Source: Candidatus Sumerlaeaceae bacterium
GTDB lineage: Bacteria; Sumerlaeota; Sumerlaeia; Sumerlaeales; Sumerlaeaceae
NCBI GenBank assembly: GCA_049968255.1
Contig: JBMFRB010000005.1
Location: 69,822-133,821 of the forward strand
Length of the DNA: 64,000 nucleotides
Direction: 5' to 3'
The position numbers were made by a program, and so were the translations under genes. The notes under the pieces were generated by a model. It saw nothing but the letters and a program-made list of their open reading frames with translations. It was not told where the DNA came from and made no database searches. Of the stretch, positions 50,872 to 60,945 are shown one piece after another. Within the stretch, counting starts at the first letter, position 1. The number at the start of each line of letters is the position of its first letter.

Positions 50872-51789
50872 TCAAAAGCACACCAGTTTCTGGATTGCAT
50901 CACGCAACGATCGCGCTGCTTCTGCGATCATTTTCGTCACATCGCCGCCGCTTGCTGCTGGAAACATGATCGAACGCGACGCATTGATGAGAAATCGCGG
51001 ATTTTCACGAGCTCCGATCGCATCAAGGATGTCCTCAAGGCTGCCCCCCTGCGCGCCGACACCTGGCACAAGAAAAGGCAACGTTGGGGCAACTTCGCGC
51101 ACACGGGCAGCATATTCAGGGCGGGTGGCTCCCACGACTAATCCGACATTGTCGTATTCATTCCACGCGACCGCTTTTTCCGCTATTTTAAGATAAAGAT
51201 CGTTTTTTAGCAAGAAATCTTCCGCGCCGGGGTTCGAGGTCAAGCACAGGAGGAAGACTCCACGCTCAGGCCACTGCAAAAAGGGCTCGATGGCATCCTT
51301 GCCCATGAGAGGATTCACTGTCGCCGCGTCGAAATGCGCCTGCTCAAAAATTGCGCGAGCATATTGGCGGGAAGTATTTCCAATGTCTCCGCGCTTGCCG
51401 TCGAAAATGACAAGCTGCTCCCCACCCAATTCGCGTACGAGTTCCGGTATGCCGACGCCTCCACCCATCTCCAGCTCGAAAAAAGCCGCGTTTGGTTTGA
51501 AGGCTGCAGCATAGGGAGCGGTTGCGCGCACTACAAGTTCACAAGCTAACTGTTTGGCGACTTCGGGTTCTTCGACGAGCTGTTCTGGGGGAACGCGCAC
51601 CGGTTTCGACGCAGCAATCCCCTCGCCACTCGTGAGAAAATTTAAAGTCAGAGGCTGCGCTTCGAGTATGGCCAAAAGTTCCTTGCGCATCGACCGAAGC
51701 ACGCTCTCGTGCTCAGGGTCCAGCCCAACGCACAGATGAGATCGTTGGCGCTGACACGCTTGAACAAGGCGCTGGTTGAAACTCACCAT
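50872..51789 (-). CDS. pyrF: Orotidine-5'-phosphate decarboxylase (type 2)
   Basis: LCVGLDP, FKPNAAFFE, DGKRGDIGNT, TSNPG, GLVVGAT, LVPGVGAQGG, INASRSI. Confidence 0.95.
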   Translation of the reverse strand: MVSFNQRLVQACQRQRSHLCVGLDPEHESVLRSMRKELLAILEAQPLTLNFLTSGEGIAASKPVRVPPEQLVEEPEVAKQLACELVVRATAPYAAAFKPNAAFFELEMGGGVGIPELVRELGGEQLVIFDGKRGDIGNTSRQYARAIFEQAHFDAATVNPLMGKDAIEPFLQWPERGVFLLCLTSNPGAEDFLLKNDLYLKIAEKAVAWNEYDNVGLVVGATRPEYAARVREVAPTLPFLVPGVGAQGGSLEDILDAIGARENPRFLINASRSIMFPAASGGDVTKMIAEAARSLRDAIQKLVCF

Positions 51790-51849
51790 CGTTTTTCCCT
51801 TCCCAGACTTCAGTGGCTATGTCGAAGACGCCAGTAACTGTACATGTGC

Positions 51850-54800
51850 TTAGAGCAAAACGGTCAAAAGGTTGATGCCGGGCTTCCGCAGCCTCACGCG
51901 CAGTCGGAGTCCGTCGCGCTGGATGTCGGGAATTGGCACTGGAGCATCGTTGATCTCGAGGCTGCGCATGGGGCGCGGTAGCACAAATTCCACTGTGTCC
52001 GGCGGGTAGCGGTTGTCGAATTGCGCTTCGATTTTCATTCGGCCCTTTTCCAAGGGCAAGATACTGCCGCCCAGAAAGGCACATTTGCCCCAATTCGCAA
52101 GATAGACCTTGGCTCGCAAGGGCTGCATGACTTCGGCCAGGACTGGCGGCGCCAACCACCAGAACTCGCGATTGACACGCGCTCGCTCAACGCGCTCATG
52201 CGCCTGCTCGGGGCCGTCGAGATTCATTCGCACGCGCAGATAAATTTGCGGCAGCGTGATATAGCCTGAGTTGTTGCGGTAGATCGTGCGGAAGGGGTAG
52301 CGATACGCACCCTCATCCCAGTTGGGATAGGCAGCATCAAAAATTCGGACATAGCGTGTGACTGCAGCTTCTGCATATTTGCGCAACAGATCGAACAGTT
52401 CGGGCTGAACGCCGTTGCCAGAGATGAGAGAGGTCACGTTCCAAGGATAGCGATCGAGCTCTCCTGCGAGGAATCCTTCGCCTTCGTGAAATCCGACGAC
52501 AAGGCGCGAGCTCGCTTGGAGCAAACCGAGCTCTTGGGCATATTCGTTGTAAGCAAAGCGACTGACAGCAGGCACAGCAGCCCGCGCAGCAGCATACAAA
52601 CCGTAAAGAAATTCCTCGGTGCGGCCTGTTTCACGCGCAAGCTTTGCATAGGCGAGCATCCCGGCGTAGGTGGCATTCGTGCAGTCGCCAGCACCGGTGC
52701 CATGGCCATGCACGCCGTTAGACGCCCTGAGCCATTCCCAATCGTCGGTCACAGCAAACCAGGAAAACATTCTTTCAACCGCCTGCCAGTTTTTGGCAAC
52801 CCATTCCCATTCGCCAAGGTATTTGACGGATGTATAAAGGCCGTACAGCGAGAGGCCATTGCCCCAGTCCTGATCGTAGCGATCGAAGTAGGGGCCCTCG
52901 ATGAAATAGCTCCACCAGAAGCGCAGGCCAGAAAACGGCTCGACTGAGTCGTACCACAAGTCACGCTGAAGATAGGCGGGCAGAATGGCCCGGGTATTGG
53001 CCACAAGTTTTTCGCGAAGATCTGGGGTAAGAAAGCTATAGGCCTGGAACGCTTGTGTGCGCCCCTTATAAAGCACGTCCACACCAGGCGCCGTTATTGT
53101 TGTTGCCAACTCAGAACACGATTCGTTGAGCAGGGCTTTGAGCTCTGGTTGCCCAGGCACAGCCAAAAGGCCTCGCTCATCGAGCGGTGGCACGGGCAGA
53201 TCGTAGTGCCAAACATGGAGGGGGCTGCTAGTGCGTAATGTGGGGGCGATCTTCTTTTTGCCGCCCGCCGCGAGGATCGCCGAAACCCCTCTCGCCTGGG
53301 CAAAAAGGGGACCGGTAAACGTCACCACACCGGTCGCTGTTGTTTCCGGCGTGCGAGCGGGATAGCCGAGCGCCTTTTGCACGAAATTCACTTGAGGCGG
53401 AAGAACGAGGTAGGGCGAGAAATCAGCCGGAAGTGGAATTGGGCTTTCGAATCGTGTCAGCTGATAGATCCTCACAAAGTTCAAATCGGGAGAAACCCGA
53501 AAGTACTCGTCGGTGGCGGTGGGAAACCACAACCCAAGTCTGAGCCATGATTGAAGGGTTTGGGAAGCCTCGGTTGGTGGCACGTCGGCAAGGGCAGCCA
53601 CAATGCTCTGCCAGGACTGTTCCGCGCCAAGCACCTCCCGGACACGAATACCGAATGGGTAAACTACATGAAGGCGCGGTGGCTTTTTGCTTTTGCCCAC
53701 GCGCCCCACGGCGAGGTCCACGGCCCCATCCTTTTCTGTGAGGTTGCCTGCGCCATCGGTTATTAGGGTCAAAGCTGGGCATGTTTTGCCTTTTCGCGAG
53801 ACAAAAAGGTAAGCCTCTCCCTCAGCAATGGCGGGAACGCCAAGAACACTCGCCAGCGTGGCTGGAGGTATTCTCAGCGCGGAAACAGGTTGCTCGCCGC
53901 TGGCACGCAAAACCAGAGCATCTCCCTCTTCGAGCTGGAAAACTGCGCCTGGATAGAAGACGTGGGAGCGAACGCTATAGCGAATTTGGGCGCCTTGATA
54001 GTTTCCCTGCACCCGCAATGCTTTGTGCCACGCATCAATGCCGGCGTCGGTCTTGTCGCGCGCGATCTCGACGTTGGTTACTGCATCGAGGCGCACACGA
54101 AACTCGGGTGGGAAACGATTCTGCACACCTGTGGGGCCCACTTCGGTCACGGCAGGCAATCCGTCGGAAAAGAACAGGCCGAAGCGCCCAAACCCTGGGC
54201 GCTTGTTGAGGATAAGTGAGCCCGAAGCCTCGGGATCGGCAGCGACAACGGCGGCGAGTGCCTCATGGGTGGCGATCGCAGAAGCCACGGCTGGCCGGAT
54301 TGGCAGTTCGAGAGCTTGCGGCGGGCGAGGCACAAAGGCAAGCGTGAGCGGTTCGCGACGGATGCCCACTTGCGAACGCCCGAAGCAACCGCGCAGCTTA
54401 ATGGCTAAAACGTTACGTCCCTCGACAAAAGCGGTCGGCGGGATATAATAGGTGCGCGGCACGCCGAGATCGGAAATTCCTCTCCCACTGGTTTTGCCGA
54501 CAATCTGGCCGTTGAAATAAGTTTCATCGTCGCCGTCGAGATCGCCAATCGTGAGTAAGGCACCGAAACTCGACTGGCCGGGTACTTCGACAAGAGTGAA
54601 AAGCGTAAGAGACTCAGCATTGCCCAACGACAGCAACTTGATGGGTGGGATGGGTTTGGCACGAGAGGTGACTTGGTCGGCTGAAGCCGACGGCGAGAGT
54701 TCGGACGAAACGAACCACTTTACACGGGACAGATCCACACCACGAAACTGCACATCCGCTGCACCACACTCCGTGGAAGCCGCGCACGCGGGACACAAGC

Positions 54801-54852
54801 AATGGAAAGCCCCTGCCACGGATGCTAAGGCCACAAAAAGAGCTCGTCTCAT
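51850..54852 (-). CDS. Large secreted hypothetical protein, putative carbohydrate-active enzyme
   Basis: Signal-like N-terminus; GH2-type jelly-roll (GDLDGDDETYFNGQIVG..RTYYIP..GRNVLAIKL); aromatic- and acid-rich helical C-terminal region. Start uncertain (54852-54978). Confidence 0.75.
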   Translation of the reverse strand: MRRALFVALASVAGAFHCLCPACAASTECGAADVQFRGVDLSRVKWFVSSELSPSASADQVTSRAKPIPPIKLLSLGNAESLTLFTLVEVPGQSSFGALLTIGDLDGDDETYFNGQIVGKTSGRGISDLGVPRTYYIPPTAFVEGRNVLAIKLRGCFGRSQVGIRREPLTLAFVPRPPQALELPIRPAVASAIATHEALAAVVAADPEASGSLILNKRPGFGRFGLFFSDGLPAVTEVGPTGVQNRFPPEFRVRLDAVTNVEIARDKTDAGIDAWHKALRVQGNYQGAQIRYSVRSHVFYPGAVFQLEEGDALVLRASGEQPVSALRIPPATLASVLGVPAIAEGEAYLFVSRKGKTCPALTLITDGAGNLTEKDGAVDLAVGRVGKSKKPPRLHVVYPFGIRVREVLGAEQSWQSIVAALADVPPTEASQTLQSWLRLGLWFPTATDEYFRVSPDLNFVRIYQLTRFESPIPLPADFSPYLVLPPQVNFVQKALGYPARTPETTATGVVTFTGPLFAQARGVSAILAAGGKKKIAPTLRTSSPLHVWHYDLPVPPLDERGLLAVPGQPELKALLNESCSELATTITAPGVDVLYKGRTQAFQAYSFLTPDLREKLVANTRAILPAYLQRDLWYDSVEPFSGLRFWWSYFIEGPYFDRYDQDWGNGLSLYGLYTSVKYLGEWEWVAKNWQAVERMFSWFAVTDDWEWLRASNGVHGHGTGAGDCTNATYAGMLAYAKLARETGRTEEFLYGLYAAARAAVPAVSRFAYNEYAQELGLLQASSRLVVGFHEGEGFLAGELDRYPWNVTSLISGNGVQPELFDLLRKYAEAAVTRYVRIFDAAYPNWDEGAYRYPFRTIYRNNSGYITLPQIYLRVRMNLDGPEQAHERVERARVNREFWWLAPPVLAEVMQPLRAKVYLANWGKCAFLGGSILPLEKGRMKIEAQFDNRYPPDTVEFVLPRPMRSLEINDAPVPIPDIQRDGLRLRVRLRKPGINLLTVLL

Positions 54853-55220
54853 GATCTTTGGCCAAAAGCGGCCGAATTTGATCTTCGCGAACGTCATGCG
54901 TGATCTAGGCTCTTCCGAACGGAACGCAATTCCTGCAACCGAAAAGCGGGTGGGCACAGGGTGCGTCGCCGAACGCAAAGTTGCATAACACGCTGAGAAA
55001 GAAAAATGACGGGACAGAGGCCACCCGTATCTGGGGAAAAAAAGAAACTCAGAGAAGACTTTTGTGGCTATTTGGGTTGCAAAGGGGTTTTAAACCGATC
55101 TAATCATATGCATTGTGCATTTCACGAATAAGGCGGGAAACGCAGACCATGCGCCATAACGCGGCCACGTTCTTCTCGCACAGCGATACCTTGGATGTGG
55201 GAAGTTCTAGCGTCCACTCC

Positions 55221-57995
55221 ATGTCACCGAAAGTGATCTCTTGGTGGCCTTTGAGGGAAATTCTCACTTTGCTCGCAGTGGTGGCCCTGGTTGGGCGAGG
55301 TTTCGCTGCTTTCCCCTCGCCAGATGACTGGCGCGACATAACGATTTATCAAATTATCACTGACCGATGGGACGACGGTGATCCCTCCAACAACACGCTC
55401 AACACCACGTACAACCCAAGTGCCGGGGACAAAACACACGGTGGCGACTTCAAAGGCATCCAGCGTCGGCTAACGTACCTTGAAGCCTTAGGCATAAACG
55501 CCATCTGGATCTCCCCCATACCACTCAACGCTTATGGGGAGTATCACGGCTATGCGGCGCGCAACTTTACGCAGGTGGATCCACATTGGGGCACGTTGGC
55601 CGACCTGCAGGCGATGGTAGCAGCTTGTCACGCGCGCGGAATTGGCGTGATTCTCGATGTTGTGTGTAACCATGGCGGCAACCTCTTCAACGATAACCCC
55701 TATTTGGCGCCGCCCGCCAGCTACACGCTGGCCTATCGCGATCCATCGCGGACACATGCTGCTCCCTTCAGCTCGACAGCGTACTGGCACTCGCAGGGGT
55801 CCATTGGCAATTGGACGGACCCTGAGCAAATTTTAGGGGAGCTTTTCGGGCTCGATGATCTCAAAACTGAGGACCCATACGTTCGCACGCAGCTCACGAA
55901 CATTTGGTCGAATTGGATCACTGCAACGGACGTCGACGGCTTTCGCATTGATACGGTGAAGCACGTCGAGATGGGTTTTTGGCAAACGTGGGCACCTGCT
56001 GTTCGAGCCAACGCAGCCAGCTTCGGTAAAGCGAATTTTTTTATGTTCGGCGAGGTGTTCGAGGGCAGTGAATCAAAGTGTGGCTCATACACAGGCACGA
56101 TGGCCGGTGGGGCTTTTGCTTTGGACAGCGTGCTTGATTATCCGCAGTACTATCGCACAAACAGCGTCTTTGGCACAGCATCCGACGGAGCCCAGTCCCT
56201 CGCAGACCATTTCAGTGCGCTGCCAATTTACTACGATCCTGCGGCGCAGTATCGGCTGGTTACCTTTCTAGATAATCATGACAATCCGCGTTTCCTCTCG
56301 TCGACATATGCAAATAATAAGATTGCACGTCTTCATGCAGCCCTTGTTTACTTACTAACGTCGTACGGGGTCCCGTGTGTTTACTATGGAACCGAGCAGT
56401 ACTTCAATGGTGGCGGCGACCCATATTGCCGCGAAGACATGTTCGATGGACAGTTCGAGTTTGGCCCTTCCCTAGGCAATAATTTTGATCAGACGAGTTT
56501 CGGATATCGCCTCATCCGTGAGCTCAATCAGTTGCGACGCAGCTACAGCGCGTTGCGTCGCGGGTCGCTAGTTATTCGTGAAGTAAGTAGCTCGCCGGGC
56601 ATCTTCGCCTATTCACGCATTGACGGGAGTCAGGAGGTGCTCGTCGTCGTCAACACGTCGGACAGCGCAAAAAGCGGCGCAGCGTGGCAGACAACCTTCG
56701 CGCCCGGGACGGTGCTCGTGAATCTTTTCGATCCTTCGCAGACAGTAACGGTCAACTCATCGCAAAAGGTCCCTGCAGGCACTCCCATCGTCGGAAACGG
56801 TTATGCGGTTTTCGTGCCGGTGACAAACGCCGTGGATTTTGAGCCAGAAGTTGTGTCAGTGAGCGTTGCCCAGGGGGATTCGCTCGTCACGCCGTTGGAT
56901 CCTCTTACGGTCAGTTTTAGTAAACCAATGAATCGCGCAAGCGTGACGGCGGCGCTCGCGTTTGACCCAGTCGTGACAGGAACCCTGACTTGGGATTCGA
57001 ATTCGAGCGTCCTCACCTTTACGCCGTCAGGCACATGGCCGAGCCTGTCGAACATGCGGCTGTTCATCTCTGCAAGCGCGCTCGACGCCACAGGCCAGCC
57101 CCTGCGAGGTGGGTTTGAGCGGGAATTCCGAACAGTTTATTCAAGCGGGAGCACGGGAGGCGGAACTGCGGATCCCACCATCGATGGCACAATCATCGGC
57201 GATCCGCGCTGGCATACGCCGGTGGCCATTCAGACTGTGCAAACTGGCTTTGGCGATAACACGGATCCCACACCTGATGGCAACAGCGGCGGGAGTGAGC
57301 TCGACCAGCTTTTCGTCACCTCCACAACCACCACACTTTACCTTGCCGTGGCGGGAAATTTGGAACCAAACGGCAACGCCATCATTCTCATGTTTGATAC
57401 GAACGGCCTGGCTGGAGGGGCAAGTGTTTTGGACGCCACCGGCGCAACCTCCACGTGGCTGGGCTCGGTGCCTAATAGTGCTGCCGGCACGAAAATGCCA
57501 ACGGGTTTCACCCCCGATATTATCCTGGAAGTGCAGGCGCACTCGCCGAACCAGACATTAAGCCTTTACGCCTATAGTTTCGACGCTACGGGCAAACTGG
57601 CAAGCGAAGACACCGTCGGCCAGGTGGAGGCGACCCCGGGCTTTCCGACAGCCGACACAATCACGGGAACGATCAGAGGCACAAGTTACACTTTTCAGCT
57701 AGCCCTGAACAACAGCCACACCGGCCCAGTGAGCGCGGGCAGTTCCGCTGCAAATCCGACGGGCGCCGGCGCCGCAACCGGCCTCGAAATCGGGATTCCA
57801 CTTTCGCTGCTCGGGAATGGCCCTTATCAGATACTTGTCGGGCTGACGGGCGCAAGCGGCTTTTGGTCGAATCAGTTTCTGCCACCGATGAACCCTGGGA
57901 CAAACCGTGGCTGGCGTCCAGACCTTTCAACGCGCGGCATCACTCCTTACACATACTATCTGCCGGTCACCCTTAGCAGAGTGGAAATGGATTAG
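55221..57995 (+). CDS. Secreted GH13 alpha-amylase-family hydrolase with Ig-like (Big_5-type) and C-terminal beta domain
   Basis: IYQIITDRW, GGDFKGI, YHGY, DVVCNH, nucleophile DGFRIDTVKH, FGEV, FLDNHD, YYGTEQ; SFSKPMNRASV Ig module. Start uncertain. Confidence 0.92.
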   Translation: MSPKVISWWPLREILTLLAVVALVGRGFAAFPSPDDWRDITIYQIITDRWDDGDPSNNTLNTTYNPSAGDKTHGGDFKGIQRRLTYLEALGINAIWISPIPLNAYGEYHGYAARNFTQVDPHWGTLADLQAMVAACHARGIGVILDVVCNHGGNLFNDNPYLAPPASYTLAYRDPSRTHAAPFSSTAYWHSQGSIGNWTDPEQILGELFGLDDLKTEDPYVRTQLTNIWSNWITATDVDGFRIDTVKHVEMGFWQTWAPAVRANAASFGKANFFMFGEVFEGSESKCGSYTGTMAGGAFALDSVLDYPQYYRTNSVFGTASDGAQSLADHFSALPIYYDPAAQYRLVTFLDNHDNPRFLSSTYANNKIARLHAALVYLLTSYGVPCVYYGTEQYFNGGGDPYCREDMFDGQFEFGPSLGNNFDQTSFGYRLIRELNQLRRSYSALRRGSLVIREVSSSPGIFAYSRIDGSQEVLVVVNTSDSAKSGAAWQTTFAPGTVLVNLFDPSQTVTVNSSQKVPAGTPIVGNGYAVFVPVTNAVDFEPEVVSVSVAQGDSLVTPLDPLTVSFSKPMNRASVTAALAFDPVVTGTLTWDSNSSVLTFTPSGTWPSLSNMRLFISASALDATGQPLRGGFEREFRTVYSSGSTGGGTADPTIDGTIIGDPRWHTPVAIQTVQTGFGDNTDPTPDGNSGGSELDQLFVTSTTTTLYLAVAGNLEPNGNAIILMFDTNGLAGGASVLDATGATSTWLGSVPNSAAGTKMPTGFTPDIILEVQAHSPNQTLSLYAYSFDATGKLASEDTVGQVEATPGFPTADTITGTIRGTSYTFQLALNNSHTGPVSAGSSAANPTGAGAATGLEIGIPLSLLGNGPYQILVGLTGASGFWSNQFLPPMNPGTNRGWRPDLSTRGITPYTYYLPVTLSRVEMD

Positions 57996-58000
57996 AAGCG

Positions 58001-58032
58001 AAAGAGAACCGCGGCGCTCGGTTCCTCTTTCA
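58001..58032 (+). terminator. Probable intrinsic terminator after the GH13 gene
   Basis: aaagagaaccg-cggcgct-cggttcctctttt hairpin just after the stop. Confidence 0.6.
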
Positions 58033-58494
58033 TTCCGCTAGGCTGTGAAATCAGCTCCTCTGTCACGGCGCTTACCAATGTTAGAGCCACCCTGCTGCCC
58101 TGAGCGCGCGGCTGAAAGCCTGAAAACAAACGACACGGCGTTCGCAGTATCAAGCGGTTACTGCAAAGAAATTGAAAACTAAGCAAAAAGAACTGGTTCG
58201 ACTTCTGACGTGGTTAATGCCCCAAGCCTCGCCTTATTATGCTCAAATGCTTTCCGAAGTATGTAGGGCGTCGGAATTTCCCCCTGAGCAAGGGCTGCAA
58301 ACTGCCATCCTCGGCAGAGAATGTTTCGAGTGAGCATAGATTGCTCGAGACCTCAGAAGCCGGAGTAAGTTCCTACTGCACTGGCGCAGTGCCGCTGCAG
58401 GGGCATTACATGCGAGTGCTCACGTACCTTTCTTTTTCCTTTCGTGCGGATCTTGCAGCTTTTCTTCGCAAAAGGGGAATGGCTACTGCGCCTT

Positions 58495-59205
58495 TTACTG
58501 CTCCGCGTCGCTGGGGCGCGTGGCAACCGGGACGATCTCTCGGCAACGTGGAAAGTTCACGCAGCCATAAAACGACTCCCCTGGGCGGTTTCTATGCTTT
58601 GCCGAGCGCAAGACCATCGGCACTTTACACTTTGGGCATATCGGGACCTGATCCTGATCCGACAGCTGTGATTTCTGCGAGGTATCGCTCGTGGCGGGGG
58701 ATGAACCTAGGTATGGCGCAAGAAGCTCCCTCAGTTGTGCCTGATTGTAAGCTTTTTTCAGCTTGATCCGCAAAAGCGGCAAACCTGCACTGCCAAAGAC
58801 GTTGTCCACGAAAAGATCCCGCCGCTCGCGTGACTCGCGCGAATGACTCGAATCGTCGAGTTCGACGGCGAAGACCGGGTGCCACCGCGGCCGGCGCACT
58901 ATGAGAAAATCAACATGTTTCATTGCTATTTTGTTGAAATACTTATAATGATCCCTCTGCGTCTTTACGAAGAAAATATCTGCTAGTCGAACCTTGGGCA
59001 CAACCGCCAACTCCTGCGGCAAAACTTTTTCTAGCAGGTAAATGAATTCGAGCTCGCCGTCACTAAGAAAAGAATCCGTGACGCAGTAAGGAAGCTCCAG
59101 TCTCTGCTGGGGTTTTATCCCCAGTAGTGCTGAGAGAATGCTAAACAGGCATCCACGCGGTTTTTCTTTTTCTGGCGCAGATCTTTGACCATTGCTCATC
59201 GTCAT
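58495..59205 (-). CDS. DUF2726 domain protein with C-terminal topoisomerase-type C4 zinc finger
   Basis: FLSDGE, PKVRLADI, KHVDFLI, AVELDDSSH, RDLFVD; CPKCKVPMVLR..FYGCVNFPRC. ATGA overlap with the upstream ADH. Confidence 0.9.
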   Translation of the reverse strand: MTMSNGQRSAPEKEKPRGCLFSILSALLGIKPQQRLELPYCVTDSFLSDGELEFIYLLEKVLPQELAVVPKVRLADIFFVKTQRDHYKYFNKIAMKHVDFLIVRRPRWHPVFAVELDDSSHSRESRERRDLFVDNVFGSAGLPLLRIKLKKAYNQAQLRELLAPYLGSSPATSDTSQKSQLSDQDQVPICPKCKVPMVLRSAKHRNRPGESFYGCVNFPRCREIVPVATRPSDAEQ

Positions 59206-60380
59206 ACTTTCTCCTCCACATCGCCGCCATTCATCGCGGCTTTGAGAATGTGTTCAAGTTCGCTATTCGTCAGTTCGATGGGATTGGCCTTCATGGAGCT
59301 CGCGCGGCACGCCTTGGCAATTGCGTCAGGAATGAGTTCCTCTCTGAGTCCAAGTTGAGACAGTGACGGGACTTGTAATTTGCTAACAAATTGTGCTAAC
59401 CACTGGGCTAACATTTCGGGTTCAGCGTCGGGGTTACCTGTCAAAAGCGTAGCCGCTTCAGCATACCGTCGCAAAGCCTCCGAAGTAGGCTTGCGCTGGC
59501 GCAGCGCGGCGATGTTCGTGGCTACCACTGCTGGAATGAGTGCAGCACAAAGGACACCATGCGGCGCTTTGAGGAGGCCGCCAAGTGGACCAGCGAAACC
59601 ATGAGCTGCGCCTAGCCCTGCATTTGCGAGGGCGATACCGCTGAAAAAAGCAGCAAGAAGCATATCGCTGCGAGCATGGAGGTCGTGTGGCGTGCTGACG
59701 ACGCGAGGTAAGGCGCAAAATCCGCGGCGCAGCCCTTCGCGACATACTGCATCGGTGAGAGGATTAGCTCGGCGGCAAACAAAGGCTTCGAGCAGTTGCG
59801 TGAGAGCATCAAGCCCACTGGCAAGCGTCTGCTGGTGCGGCAACGTGAGTGTGAGTTCGGGATCAAGAATCACCGCCGCTGGAACAAGATGCACGCTGCG
59901 CATACTCACCTTAATGCGTTTTGTAGGGACGTCTAGCACAGCATTGCGCGTTGCTTCGGATCCTGTGCCTGCTGTTGTGGGAATGGCAATAAACGGCGCT
60001 GCAGGCCGCACGAGCGGTTTTCCTTCCCCCACGACTTCGAGATAATCGAGAAGCACGCCGCCGTTAGTGAGCAAGCCTGCAACCGCCTTGCCAACATCGA
60101 GAACGCTGCCGCCCCCAATCGCCACGACAAACTGTACCTCAGCCTGGCGCGCACGGCTCAAAGCTTGCTCGACATCCTCAATCGAAGGCTCACTTTCGAC
60201 GTTGTGAACGATAAATTGGACGCCACAGGTATCGAGTATTTCAGCAACGCGGGCAGCGCGCTGCGGACTGCGCCCAGTGACTATGAGTGCGCGTCTCCCC
60301 GCGCCGTGGACAAGTTCGGGAAGCCCACTCAACGCGCCGAGGCCGAAGCGTACACATCGCGGAAACACCCAATCAAACAC
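59202..60380 (-). CDS. Iron-containing alcohol dehydrogenase
   Basis: [38 protein letters not shown]. Confidence 0.93.
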   Translation of the reverse strand: MFDWVFPRCVRFGLGALSGLPELVHGAGRRALIVTGRSPQRAARVAEILDTCGVQFIVHNVESEPSIEDVEQALSRARQAEVQFVVAIGGGSVLDVGKAVAGLLTNGGVLLDYLEVVGEGKPLVRPAAPFIAIPTTAGTGSEATRNAVLDVPTKRIKVSMRSVHLVPAAVILDPELTLTLPHQQTLASGLDALTQLLEAFVCRRANPLTDAVCREGLRRGFCALPRVVSTPHDLHARSDMLLAAFFSGIALANAGLGAAHGFAGPLGGLLKAPHGVLCAALIPAVVATNIAALRQRKPTSEALRRYAEAATLLTGNPDAEPEMLAQWLAQFVSKLQVPSLSQLGLREELIPDAIAKACRASSMKANPIELTNSELEHILKAAMNGGDVEEKV

Positions 60381-60687
60381 TGTCCCAGCCGTCCTCCCCC
60401 GGGAAGATGTTTCGGAATTTGATGCTGGTCCGTGGATCGGCCATCATGGCAGCAACCGTATCGCGCCAACGCAGGTAGTGGGCCGTGTGTTTATGAGCAG
60501 CGGCGGCTGCTTCATCGCGGTAAACTTCCACCAGCACAAAGCGCGTCAGGTCTTCGAGCTCTTGGATCACATCGAAGCGGGCCACTCCTGGTTCTGCCAC
60601 GCTGTTGCGCGCATTATCAAGCGTTGCCTCGATGAACGACTGGACGCACTCCGGCTTTACGTGGACAAAAACGTGGACAATGTGCAC
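60373..60687 (-). CDS. Antibiotic biosynthesis monooxygenase (ABM/LsrG-like) protein
   Basis: [28 protein letters not shown]; GGAGG SD before GTG 60687. Confidence 0.9.
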   Translation of the reverse strand: MHIVHVFVHVKPECVQSFIEATLDNARNSVAEPGVARFDVIQELEDLTRFVLVEVYRDEAAAAAHKHTAHYLRWRDTVAAMMADPRTSIKFRNIFPGEDGWDSV

Positions 60688-60945
60688 ACGCAATTCCTCC
60701 TGGCGCAGAGACTCAGACAGTTGGTGAGTGCTATACACAAAAGGACTTTCCGTGACAAGAGCTTTTCATGATTCCGTGCCGCCTTGACAGTAGCCACAGT
60801 AGCGGCGCGAACAGAGGACAGAGAAAAAGAATCGCAAGATTGGCCAGCAAGGGCAAGGTCTCGTCCACCAACGAAAAAGATCCGCTCTCTCGACATGATC
60901 CGAGAGAGCGGAACGGTTTCGGTGTTTTTCCGCGCGATTGCTTGC

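Noticed and set aside
58190-58212. GGTTCGACTTC resembling a tRNA T-loop
   Set aside because: Flanks do not pair as a T-stem, and there is no cloverleaf or CCA end.
58239-58766. 175-aa plus-strand ORF
   Set aside because: Overlaps the DUF2726 gene antisense, with no SD or recognisable motifs.
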